Origin: an uncultured Alphaproteobacteria bacterium
GTDB lineage: Bacteria > Pseudomonadota > Alphaproteobacteria > Micavibrionales > UBA2020
Direction of reading: 5' to 3'
Length of the DNA: 64,000 nt
Assembly: GCA_966211335.1 (NCBI GenBank)
Contig: CBIHNF010000001.1
Location: 1,242,847 to 1,306,846 of the forward strand
Below are positions 46,529 to 55,363 of the stretch, in pieces; positions within the stretch are counted from its first letter, which is position 1, and each line of letters opens with the position of its first letter. The position numbers were made by a program, and so were the translations under genes. The notes beneath the pieces are model-generated. The model searched no databases. It was given only the letters and a program-made list of their open reading frames with translations, and had not been told where the DNA came from.

Positions 46529-47741
46529 ATGCCGCGGTTGCCGCCGCCGGCTTTTTCCGGCAGGCGCAGAGCAAGGCGAGGCCGAGGGCGCAAATGAGCC
46601 CGCCCGCGATGAAGGGGCTGCCCGGGAAGTCAATAACGGCATGCGGCCCTGTGAAAAGGGAAAAGAGGGCGGTGTAAAAAATCGGCCCGATGATCTCGGT
46701 AAGGGAGCTGATGGAAACAAGCCCGCCCTGCAGTTCGCCCTGTTCAGACTCGCTGGCTTCCTTCGAGATCAGCGATTGAAGGGCGGAGCCGGTAACGAAA
46801 GATGTCGCGCTAACGACGCTGAACAGATAAATCATCCAGCTTTGTGTGGCGAGGCCAAACAGGCAAAAGCTTATGCTGGCGATGGTGATGCCGAAAACGA
46901 CAGCCCCGCGCTCCCCCAGTTTTGAAACGATACGGCCTGTCATGACGCCCTGCATAAAAATCATCAGGACGCCAAAGAAGGCGAGGGAGAGGCCGACATC
47001 GAAAACGCTCCAGTGGAATTTATACTGGGTGTAAAGCGTCCAGATGCTGGGGTAGACCTGTCCTGCGAGAAAATAGAGGCCGTAGACGGATATCAGCAGC
47101 GGCGAGAGGCGGAAGGACTTCACCATGGATTTGAGCGGGTGGAAATCGCGAAGGTTAATCGCCCGCCGTTTTTCGGGCGGCAGGGATTCCGGCATGATAA
47201 AAATGCCGAACAGGAAGTTGATGACACAGAACAGCGCCGCTGCAAGGAAGGGGGCTGTCGGGCCGAAGTGCGCGCCGAGGAGGCCGCCGACAGCGGGGGC
47301 GATAATAAAGCCAAGGCCGAAGGCTGCACCAAGCTTGCCGTAATAGGCCGCGCGCTGGACTTCGGTTGAAATATCGCTGATATAGGAGTTGGCGACAGCG
47401 ATGTTGGCGCCGGTAAGCCCCGAGATGATGCGGCCCACGAAAAGCAGCAGCAGCGACGGCGCGTAAGCCATGAACAGGTAATCCACCGCCGAAAAAGCGA
47501 GGGAAACCAGCAGCACGGGCCGGCGCCCGTATTTGTCCGACAGCGCGCCCAGTACGGGGGAGGCAATAAACTGGCAGGCGGCATAGGCCGCGATGAAAAA
47601 CCCGTAGTAAAGGTTGACGGCCGCAGGGCTCGCCTCGAACCGCCTCACGACATCCGGCAGGTTGGGAATGATAAAGCCAAGCCCGAACGAATCAAGGCAG
47701 GCGGTCAGGAGGATAAAATGGAGCGTGGGTTTCAGTTTCAT
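46527..47741 (-). CDS. MFS transporter (TetA/drug:H+ antiporter-like)
   Basis: About 12 TM segments and MFS motif A GALSDKYGRRPVL. The ATG at 47741 (MKLKPTLHF) is preferred. Confidence 0.85.
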   Translation of the reverse strand: MKLKPTLHFILLTACLDSFGLGFIIPNLPDVVRRFEASPAAVNLYYGFFIAAYAACQFIASPVLGALSDKYGRRPVLLVSLAFSAVDYLFMAYAPSLLLLFVGRIISGLTGANIAVANSYISDISTEVQRAAYYGKLGAAFGLGFIIAPAVGGLLGAHFGPTAPFLAAALFCVINFLFGIFIMPESLPPEKRRAINLRDFHPLKSMVKSFRLSPLLISVYGLYFLAGQVYPSIWTLYTQYKFHWSVFDVGLSLAFFGVLMIFMQGVMTGRIVSKLGERGAVVFGITIASISFCLFGLATQSWMIYLFSVVSATSFVTGSALQSLISKEASESEQGELQGGLVSISSLTEIIGPIFYTALFSLFTGPHAVIDFPGSPFIAGGLICALGLALLCACRKKPAAATAA

Positions 47742-47785
47742 GCGGCGATAATGCCCCTGCAAAGGCGCGGGGCGCAAGACCAAAA

Positions 47786-49345
47786 TCAGGCAGGCTTCAG
47801 CGTTATCCTGAAATGCGCGCCTTTTTCCGACCGGATATGCTCGATTTCCCCGCCGTGCGCGCGCAGCAGCGACCGGGTAATGACAAGGCCAAGCCCCGTG
47901 CCGCCTGTTTCGCGCCTTGTGGTGAAGAAGGGGGTGAAAAGCTTCGCCGCATTATTTTCAGAGATGCCAGGCCCATTGTCGCTGATATCAATCGTAATCG
48001 CGCTGCCTTGGGTGGCTGTAACCGCAATTTTATTTGCGCCCTGTTGCAGGCTGTTATCGACAAGGTTGAGCATTGCGGTTTCAAGGATGTCACCGCCAAT
48101 CGCTGCGGGTAGAACTTCTGCCGGCAAAGAGAGTGTAATGTTCTGCGGGTATTTTTTTATCAACGCCACAAGCAGCGCTGCCGCATCGCAGTGCTCCGTA
48201 CCGGGCTGCATAACGTCCGCACGCGCCAATTCGAGCAGCCGCGACACGAGTTTTTTCAAACGGTCGGTATCTTTCGAAATATTTTCGAGGAAACGCGCGC
48301 GCTGGTCGCGGCTCATGTCCTCCGGGTGGTCGTTCAGCAGTTCGATTGCGCCTTGAATGGCGGTCAGCGGCGTCTTGAATTCATGTGCCAGATGCATGGC
48401 AAAGCTGCGGATATATTCAGACCGCGCGTCGATCGTCAGCGACATTTTTTCAAAGCTGTCGACGAGGGACGCCAGTTCCTCGATGGGCGGGGAGGGAAGT
48501 TTCTGCCTGTCGCGGTCACCGGCCGCCAGCTGCAGGGCAGCGCGTTTCAGGTCACGCAAGGGGCGGCCGATGGTCGCGCTTAAAATCCACGCAATCAGGC
48601 CGGTCATGAAAAGAATGAACAGGCCGGCGAGAAAGACGCTTTCGCGCTCCTCATACAGCGCCTTCAGGATATTGCGGGGAGAGCGGGAGAGGTAGGCCAC
48701 GCCAATCACCCTGTCATCCTGCACAATGGGGAGGGCGATAAAAACGCGCACATCCGTGCCGCGGCTGAGGCTGGCGAGAGGAGGGCGGGGATCATGCGTA
48801 ACGCGCTGGCGCAAAACACTGGCGTATTCGCCTCGCAGTGCGTGTTGTACTTCGATGGCGCCCGCAAGCGACATGCCGATTTCGCTGGTGCCCGCTATGA
48901 CGACGCCTTGCGGGTTTAAAATCCGCATGCTGGCAAGCGTGCTGAGCTTTGCGTCCTGCATAACAGGGAGCAGGCGGTTACCGGTGTCAATCTCAAAGGG
49001 TTTCGCGGGGGTTAGCGGCTTTTCCGCGTCGCCGCGCGGCGCCAGAATATCCGCAGTGCGCAAATCCAATAGGGGCGGGAAGGGTTTGAATTTTTCCTCA
49101 GCGTCGCGCGGCATCGGGCCGATCAGGTTGCCATAGCCTTTCGGCGGATCCAGCCGATCTTTATACATGGCGGAAATAAAGACGCCTTGGGCGATCAATT
49201 CCGATTCCGTCTGGCGGACGAGTTCGTTTTCGTAGATGCGGAAGAAGTAGCCGCCGCTGAGCGGCAGCAGCAGGACGAAAAGCAGAATGCCCGCAAAAAC
49301 GGTGTGTAGGCGGAAGCCCGCCTTCAATTTTTGCACTATTTGCAT
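47786..49345 (-). CDS. Membrane sensor histidine kinase
   Basis: Two TM segments flank a periplasmic domain of about 190 aa, followed by a HAMP-like linker. H-box AHEFKTPLTAI, N-box LVDNSLQQG, plus DNGPGI and GTGLGL. Confidence 0.88.
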   Translation of the reverse strand: MQIVQKLKAGFRLHTVFAGILLFVLLLPLSGGYFFRIYENELVRQTESELIAQGVFISAMYKDRLDPPKGYGNLIGPMPRDAEEKFKPFPPLLDLRTADILAPRGDAEKPLTPAKPFEIDTGNRLLPVMQDAKLSTLASMRILNPQGVVIAGTSEIGMSLAGAIEVQHALRGEYASVLRQRVTHDPRPPLASLSRGTDVRVFIALPIVQDDRVIGVAYLSRSPRNILKALYEERESVFLAGLFILFMTGLIAWILSATIGRPLRDLKRAALQLAAGDRDRQKLPSPPIEELASLVDSFEKMSLTIDARSEYIRSFAMHLAHEFKTPLTAIQGAIELLNDHPEDMSRDQRARFLENISKDTDRLKKLVSRLLELARADVMQPGTEHCDAAALLVALIKKYPQNITLSLPAEVLPAAIGGDILETAMLNLVDNSLQQGANKIAVTATQGSAITIDISDNGPGISENNAAKLFTPFFTTRRETGGTGLGLVITRSLLRAHGGEIEHIRSEKGAHFRITLKPA

Positions 49346-50025
49346 GGGCCCAGCTTGTAGCCGATGCCGTGATTGGTAACGATGACCTCGCCACTCACAA
49401 AAGTTGCGAATTTACCGCGAATGCGGCGGATGTGGCTGTCAATCGTGCGGTCACTCACCGTGATATTGGCGTCATAGGCATGGTTCATCAGCTCGTCGCG
49501 CGTGAAGACTTTTTCGGGGTGGCGGAACAGCGCCAGCAGCAGGGCGAATTCCGTCGCGGTCAGTGGTACGGTGTTATCGCCGCAACGGGCGGTATAGCTG
49601 GCCGTATCCATTGTCAGGCTGCCTTGTGTCAGCTTGTGGCTGGCGTTCGGCACCTGTCCGCCGGTCTTGCGCTTCAAAATCGCGTTGACGCGGGCGATCA
49701 GCTCCCGCGGGCTGAAGGGCTTGGTGACATAGTCGTCGCCGCCCAGCTCAAGCCCCAAAATTTTGTCGATTTCCTCATCGCGGGAGGAGAGGAATAAAAT
49801 GGGCGTATCGCTCTTCTTGCGGATCTGGCGGCAAACCTCAAGCCCGTCAAGCTCCGGCATCGAAATATCGAGGATGATAAGGTCCGGCGCGCTTGCCGTG
49901 AAAATCTTCAAGGCTTCCATGCCGTCGCCGGCCTGCAGGGCGCGCATGCCCGCCTTTTCAAGCGCGAAGACGACAACTTCCCGGATATGGAGGTCGTCGT
50001 CGACGACCAGAATCTGCTTTACCAT
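49336..50025 (-). CDS. OmpR-family response regulator
   Basis: Receiver ILVVDDD...LIILDISMPELDG...TKPF plus a winged-helix C-terminus. GAAGGAAAG SD precedes the ATG at 50025. It overlaps the kinase start by 10 nt. Confidence 0.9.
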   Translation of the reverse strand: MVKQILVVDDDLHIREVVVFALEKAGMRALQAGDGMEALKIFTASAPDLIILDISMPELDGLEVCRQIRKKSDTPILFLSSRDEEIDKILGLELGGDDYVTKPFSPRELIARVNAILKRKTGGQVPNASHKLTQGSLTMDTASYTARCGDNTVPLTATEFALLLALFRHPEKVFTRDELMNHAYDANITVSDRTIDSHIRRIRGKFATFVSGEVIVTNHGIGYKLGPCK

Positions 50026-50077
50026 GGGGCTTTCCTTCTTGACCCGTAATCTATTCAAAATCGCCTGCCGGGTCAAA

Positions 50078-51571
50078 TCAAGGATGCGTCCTCAATTCCG
50101 TCTCTTTAAGCCGCCAATAGCGTAAAAGTGTCCATGCTTGCCAGTGGTTGTTAAAGGTCTTGGCGAGATCTGCGTCGAGTTCGTCAGCCGCAAAACCAGC
50201 AGTGGGAAGCGGCGACAACGTCACGGCGGGATTTCGCTGAATTAACCCGCCTGCATCATATTTCACATTTTCCTGAAACCAATGCAGGGCCGGAGCGGCT
50301 TGCCAGCCAAGGCTTTTTAGATAAGACACATCAAGGCCGGGTCCGTCCCCTGTCATCTCCCGGCAGTGGCGCACGTTATAATCCGCGATGAAACCAGAAA
50401 AATTCATGAAGCAGCAAGCGTAGACAACCGCCGCGAGGGCAAGCATATTCGCGTTGATAAGCCAGAGGTTGCTGCGGTTCCACGCCACGCGCACGACCAG
50501 CGTCATGAGACCGAAAGCGACCAGACCCATCCAGATGAGGGCCGCCACCCGCAGCGATGTCAGTGAATAGGCTGCGACGTAATGCAGTGTACGGTCAATC
50601 GCGGAAACGACGAGGAAAATATTCTGCGCAATCCAGACGTAAACCAATTGGCGGGAAAGCCGTGATTGGTACTTGCCGCCGCCGTTACCGAAGGTGATGA
50701 GAACATAAACGCCCGCCAGCAGCGCCGTCGCAATCAGCGGATAGGCGCCGGCATGCGCGTATTCAGCATAGCTGACGCCTTCCGGCAGCGATTTCTGCTG
50801 CCATAGGTACCAGATGTCGGACGCGTTCTGCAGCGCGAAAAGAACGTTGAAGACGATAAGCGAGAGGGCGATAGAGTTACGGTTGACGAAAGCCTCGATA
50901 TTGATATCGGCGCGCTGCCCAAGCTGTTTTGCCATCGGAAACCGCGGCCGCAGAAGTGCCCAGATGACCGTTCCGCACGACAGCCAGAAGAGCCAGCGCC
51001 AGAGGGAAAGAAGTTTCGCCACCCGTGACCAGTCAAATTTTTCTAGCGCCTGCATTAATACGGGGTTTGCCTCGGCGAACAGCCAGCAGAATAGAATGCT
51101 GAGCATGACGGGAACTGCGACATGGCCGATGCGCCGTGCGCTGCCGCGGTCTTGCGCCGCATAACGCTTCTTTAAGATTGCATTGATCTTGAATAAATTG
51201 TGGTTCCAGATTTTCGCCGTCGCGAGCGAAAATGCGATGACATCTTTCAACCACAGCGGTGCCGAGGGAAGACTATGGCGCTTTTCCATGACGATGAGCG
51301 TGACGAGCAAAAGACAAAAGCTGATGATATTCAGCGTTCCCGGTTCTAAAACCATATCTATGGCAAGCGTCGCGCCCATGAGGGCCGCGGCCCTGCCCGC
51401 AAGCGTCTTTACACACTGTGGTTGCGATAGAAGAACGGCAGCCAGCATGGTCAGGGCAAAAAGACCGCTGCCCCAGCCATCGGGCTCCTCGTAAAAAAGA
51501 ATATCGGCAAGCGTGATAAGGGACAGCGCCGCCAGCATTTTGGCACGCAGATGATAAAATATCCGCGTCAT
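50078..51571 (-). CDS. Polytopic membrane protein (DUF4153/DUF4173-like, assignment from memory)
   Basis: 497 aa with about 12 hydrophobic segments. It is the first gene of the same-strand cluster with the two-component system. Confidence 0.6.
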   Translation of the reverse strand: MTRIFYHLRAKMLAALSLITLADILFYEEPDGWGSGLFALTMLAAVLLSQPQCVKTLAGRAAALMGATLAIDMVLEPGTLNIISFCLLLVTLIVMEKRHSLPSAPLWLKDVIAFSLATAKIWNHNLFKINAILKKRYAAQDRGSARRIGHVAVPVMLSILFCWLFAEANPVLMQALEKFDWSRVAKLLSLWRWLFWLSCGTVIWALLRPRFPMAKQLGQRADINIEAFVNRNSIALSLIVFNVLFALQNASDIWYLWQQKSLPEGVSYAEYAHAGAYPLIATALLAGVYVLITFGNGGGKYQSRLSRQLVYVWIAQNIFLVVSAIDRTLHYVAAYSLTSLRVAALIWMGLVAFGLMTLVVRVAWNRSNLWLINANMLALAAVVYACCFMNFSGFIADYNVRHCREMTGDGPGLDVSYLKSLGWQAAPALHWFQENVKYDAGGLIQRNPAVTLSPLPTAGFAADELDADLAKTFNNHWQAWTLLRYWRLKETELRTHP

Positions 51572-51735
51572 AGCTGTGACCGGAGGCGGCGCTGCACGCT
51601 CCAGCTGATGAGATACAGGAAGGCGTGGAAATCGGCTTTAAGGTGTGATTTGTGTTTCATTCCCCAAGCATGCACACGAAATATGCCGTCCTGATGGCGG
51701 GTTTCAGGCTTAATCGTGGCTTTTTTGTGCAGAAA

Positions 51736-52320
51736 TCAGGCGGGAAAGGCTTTCAGCGCCATTTGCGCCGTCCGCATCAGGTCGTTGCGGCTGGCGCCGC
51801 TATTGCTTTGCACCGACATGCCTTGCATCAATGTCGCATAAAAGGCGGCAAGATCGGCGGCATTTGAGCCCTTCGGGATATCCCCCTCGGCAATCCCGCG
51901 CTCAAAACGCTCCCGCAACATGTTTTCTGTGCCGTGGCGCCGCGCAGCGAGTTCGCGACGCATGGGTTCCGCCTCATCGCCGCCACTCATGGCCTGCACA
52001 AGCAGGCAGCCGCGCGGTGTTTTCGGGCAGGCTGTCGCTTCTGCAATCGAAAACAGTAGCTTTTCGAGACCTTCGCGCGCTGTCGGTGCGGAAAGCAGGG
52101 CATTCATGCGGGCGGCTGATTTTTCGGTGTAGCGGTCAAGCGCCTTGCGGAACAGCTCCTCCTTATTGCCGAACGCGGCATAAAGACTCGGGCGGTTGAT
52201 GCCCATCGCGGCGGTCAGGTCGGGAAGGGATGCGCCCTCGTAGCCTTTTTGCCAAAACACATCCAGTGCGCGATCCAGCGCAACAACAGTGTCAAACTCC
52301 CTCGGTCGGCCCATGGCCAT
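51736..52320 (-). CDS. TetR/AcrR-family transcriptional regulator
   Basis: N-terminus MAMGRPREFDTVVALDRALDVFWQKGYEGASLPDLTAAMGINRPSLYAAFGNKEELF is a canonical TetR HTH. AGGAG lies 7 nt before the ATG at 52320. Confidence 0.9.
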   Translation of the reverse strand: MAMGRPREFDTVVALDRALDVFWQKGYEGASLPDLTAAMGINRPSLYAAFGNKEELFRKALDRYTEKSAARMNALLSAPTAREGLEKLLFSIAEATACPKTPRGCLLVQAMSGGDEAEPMRRELAARRHGTENMLRERFERGIAEGDIPKGSNAADLAAFYATLMQGMSVQSNSGASRNDLMRTAQMALKAFPA

Positions 52321-52480
52321 GGCGCATCTCCTCATATAGCCTATGACTTAATAATAAGACTAATCGATATAAAAATCCACAGTTTTAAATAGTTAGTTCA
52401 TAGTTGTGTACTTGAAGAAGAAATATACATTTATCTAAAATTTTGAAAATAAACGGTAAATTCTGATTTTGAATAAATTA

Positions 52481-52494
52481 ATACCAATCGGTAT
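52481..52494. promoter_or_regulatory. Palindrome ATACC-AATC-GGTAT in the TetR/SDR divergent region (operator candidate)
   Basis: Inverted arms ATACC/GGTAT within a very AT-rich spacer of about 260 bp (52321-52583). A related TCGGTAC occurs at 52546-52552. Confidence 0.3.
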
Positions 52495-52583
52495 AGAAAT
52501 CTATTGACCAGCAATGATTCGTCATCATATATTTACTTGTCGGTACAGAACAAGCCGAGCAACATTTAACCGGAGTAGATCTT

Positions 52584-53333
52584 ATGACCCAGCAACTGAA
52601 AAACAAAATCGCCCTCGTCACCGGCGGCTCGCGTGGCATTGGCGCGGCGATTGTTCGCCGTTTGGCGGCAAATGGCGCAACTGTTGCCTTTACCTATGTC
52701 AGCGCGAAAGATAAAGCGGAGGCGCTGGTGAACGAGGTGAAAGCGGCGGGTGGTATTGCTGTTGCAATCCATGCCGACAGCGCGGATAAAAAATCGGTCA
52801 GTGCCGCGGTCGCGGAAGTAATCAAAAAGCACGGCCGCCTTGATATCCTCGTTAATAACGCGGGCGTGTTCGTTACCGGCGGTGTCGGTGATGCGGCGAA
52901 TGATGAAGCTGCGCTTGATCGGCAGTTTGCAGTGAACGTGGGTGGCGTGATTGCGGCGATTGAAACGGCCGCGAAAAGCATGACTGCTGGCGGTCGCATT
53001 GTGACGATCGGCTCTATCGTCGGCGACCACACGCCTTTTGCGGGACTTGCGCAATATTCGGCATCCAAGGCGGCGGTGGCGGCCTATACCCGCGGCGCAT
53101 CGCGTGATTTTGGCGCGCGCGGCATCACCATCAATACCGTCCAGCCCGGCCCCATCAACACCGATATGAACCCCGAAAACGGCGAGATGGCGGAGGCGAT
53201 GAAAGCCGGCATTCCGCTTGGGCGCTACGGTACGGCTGACGAAGTTGCGGCGGCTGTCGCCTTCCTCGCCTCGCCGGACGCCTCCTATATCACCGGCACA
53301 ACCCTCAATGTCGACGGCGGCATCAGCGCCTGA
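52584..53333 (+). CDS. Short-chain dehydrogenase/reductase (FabG-like SDR)
   Basis: TGGSRGIGAAI cofactor motif, NNAG, and catalytic YSASKAA. Confidence 0.9.
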   Translation: MTQQLKNKIALVTGGSRGIGAAIVRRLAANGATVAFTYVSAKDKAEALVNEVKAAGGIAVAIHADSADKKSVSAAVAEVIKKHGRLDILVNNAGVFVTGGVGDAANDEAALDRQFAVNVGGVIAAIETAAKSMTAGGRIVTIGSIVGDHTPFAGLAQYSASKAAVAAYTRGASRDFGARGITINTVQPGPINTDMNPENGEMAEAMKAGIPLGRYGTADEVAAAVAFLASPDASYITGTTLNVDGGISA

Positions 53334-53362
53334 GCAAAACCACACATCATACGGAGACGACC

Positions 53363-53815
53363 ATGTTTGACAAATTTTTCGATAAACTGAATGCTTTCGA
53401 GGCCTTTCACCGCGATAGCCTCATCGAAATCCGCAAGTTCATGCGGCATGAAGACAGCAAGGCAGAAGTGATGGTCGCAGGACGGCCCTATGCCCTGCAC
53501 GACTGGAGCATGGGCGGAGTCCTGTTCGCAACGCCGAACAACGACTGGAACATAGGCGGTGTTTATTACGACGCCCATCCGGTTCCGGAGCTGAAGGCGA
53601 ACGATACGCTGAAGCTTGCCCTGCGCTTCCACACCCTTAGCGAAACAATCGAAGTCCCGTTGGAAGCGACGATTGTCCGCATCGGCAGCCGCGGGACGGT
53701 CGCGAAGTTCAACAACCTTTCCCAAAGCGCCCGCCGCCGGCTGCAGCGCGTGCTCGACTTGCGCAATGCCGAGGAGTTCCTGCAATCGCAGGCACCGCAA
53801 AGCATGGCGGCGTGA
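53363..53815 (+). CDS. PilZ-domain protein (putative c-di-GMP receptor)
   Basis: RKFMR (RxxxR), then 18 residues, then DWSMGG (DxSxxG), in a 150-aa protein. GGAGA SD lies 5 nt upstream. Confidence 0.6.
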   Translation: MFDKFFDKLNAFEAFHRDSLIEIRKFMRHEDSKAEVMVAGRPYALHDWSMGGVLFATPNNDWNIGGVYYDAHPVPELKANDTLKLALRFHTLSETIEVPLEATIVRIGSRGTVAKFNNLSQSARRRLQRVLDLRNAEEFLQSQAPQSMAA

Positions 53816-54025
53816 ATCCGCAGCGTTGGTGCATAATGTTTCAATTGCGCGGGTGAAAAGTTAATTTTTGTTCGCGACCACTGCAATCCTAAAATAGCTG
53901 CGCGGGGTAAATTCTATCTGCTTCAAAACACGGTGTTTTTTAAACGGTTTAAATTTTTTTCTTTACGCCGTAGCTGAGAAGGGTACATTAGCCTTCTCAA
54001 GCAAACATCGCAGGGGATAGAAGTT

Positions 54026-54649
54026 TTGGACAATAACGCCACCGCATTTGACCATGTGATCGAAGACCTGAAAGCCGGCAACGCAAGGTTTCTTGCCGGC
54101 CAGTCGATACAGTCGTCGGAGTCATCACTTGCCAAGCTGAAGGAATTCGGCAAGCACGGGCAGCTGCCAAAGGCCATCGTGCTTTGCTGCTCCGACTCGC
54201 GCGCGCCGGTCGAGATGATTTTTGACCAGGATATCGGCGACCTTTTCGTCATCCGCGTCGCCGGAAATATCGTCGCACCCTCGCTGGTGGGCAGCGTTGA
54301 ATTCGCGGCCAGCATGTTCGGCACCAATCTGGTGCTTGTCATGGGCCACACCCGCTGCGGCGCGATCAAGGCGACGCTTGACCATATTTCCGGCGCGGCC
54401 ATTTCATCGGAAAACATCCATGACATCGTCAGCCGCATCCGCCCGCATATCTTCCCCATCACCCAACTGGCGGGGGTTTCCACAGAAGACAAAATGGTCC
54501 GTGCTGTCGAGGCAAACGTGCGTGCTTCCGTCAGCCAATTATCGCATTCCAGCCGCCTTATCGAAGGGCTGGTCGCCAAAGGCGATATTAAAATCTGCGG
54601 CGCGGTGCTCGACCTCGAAACCGGCCGCGTTGATTTTATCGAAGTGTAA
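54026..54649 (+). CDS. Beta-class carbonic anhydrase
   Basis: CSDSRAPVE and GHTRCGA zinc-ligand motifs. TTG start with AGGGGA 8 nt upstream. Confidence 0.88.
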   Translation: MDNNATAFDHVIEDLKAGNARFLAGQSIQSSESSLAKLKEFGKHGQLPKAIVLCCSDSRAPVEMIFDQDIGDLFVIRVAGNIVAPSLVGSVEFAASMFGTNLVLVMGHTRCGAIKATLDHISGAAISSENIHDIVSRIRPHIFPITQLAGVSTEDKMVRAVEANVRASVSQLSHSSRLIEGLVAKGDIKICGAVLDLETGRVDFIEV

Positions 54650-54660
54650 GCGTGACGAAT

Positions 54661-54697
54661 GAAAAAGCGCCGCCGGATTTTTCTCCGGCGGCGCTAT
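54661..54697 (-). terminator. Strong terminator closing the minus-strand four-gene operon (also downstream of the carbonic anhydrase gene)
   Basis: 12-bp stem AGCGCCGCCGGA (54666-54677) / TCCGGCGGCGCT (54684-54695). On the minus strand it is followed by TTTTTC. Confidence 0.8.
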
Positions 54698-54715
54698 TCA
54701 TTTGGAGGCCAATTC

Positions 54716-55300
54716 TTAGCGCGAGCGACGTGCGCGCAAGATATTATCATCGTTGATCGAGCTGGTGCCGAGCGGCAGCGTATCTTCCGACGTTGCGCCA
54801 GTGCTGGACGACAGTGATCCGGATCCAGTTGTGCCGGGGAGGCCGCTAGACCGCGTCATGGCGCTACCGGTGGAGCTGGATAGGCCTAACCCGCTCAAAG
54901 TATCCGACGCGGTCAGGCTGACGGGCCCATTGGGCGTTGCCGCGCCCGGGATTGAGCTGTTCACGCCAAGCGTGCCACCGGTGCTGCCCAGAGGGGAATT
55001 TGCGGCGGCTGAAGCGTTGCCGCTAAATTCACTGGTCGAGGCACCGTTTAGGTCTGCGGGTGTTCCATTCGCGGTAGATGCGCCAGCGCGTGTCGAAACG
55101 CCGGTACGTCTGCTTTCGGTGCCTGCTGCCGTGCGGCCGGAGGCAGCCGAAGAACTTCCGCTCATACCTGCCGTGGAACCGGAGGATGCCGCGGCACCAC
55201 CGCCTGAGCCGCCGCCGCCACCGCCACCAGCAGCCATAGCTGAGGCGCTTACAAGAAGGGCAGCAGAAAGTGCAAGGGAAAGTACTTTATTGAAATTCAT
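54716..55300 (-). CDS. Secreted Gly/Ser/Thr/Ala-rich low-complexity protein
   Basis: Signal peptide MNFNKVLSLALSAALLVSASAMA|AGGGGGGGSGGG. The rest is about 170 aa, almost entirely G/S/T/A/N/P, ending in the basic tail ...NILRARRSR. AGGAG lies 6 nt before the ATG. The plus-strand ORF 54753-55316 lacks these signals. Confidence 0.7.
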   Translation of the reverse strand: MNFNKVLSLALSAALLVSASAMAAGGGGGGGSGGGAAASSGSTAGMSGSSSAASGRTAAGTESRRTGVSTRAGASTANGTPADLNGASTSEFSGNASAAANSPLGSTGGTLGVNSSIPGAATPNGPVSLTASDTLSGLGLSSSTGSAMTRSSGLPGTTGSGSLSSSTGATSEDTLPLGTSSINDDNILRARRSR

Positions 55301-55363
55301 GACGTGCTCCTATTGACTGTTCCACAAATCAACAAGCCGGTCGCGGAGTGGTTCCAGTAAGAG

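Noticed and set aside
52566-53800. Minus-strand ORFs of 259 aa and 171 aa opposite the SDR and PilZ genes
   Set aside because: The plus-strand genes have SD sequences and clear family motifs (TGGSRGIG/YSASK; RxxxR/DxSxxG). The minus-strand products have Arg/Ala/Gly-rich shadow composition.
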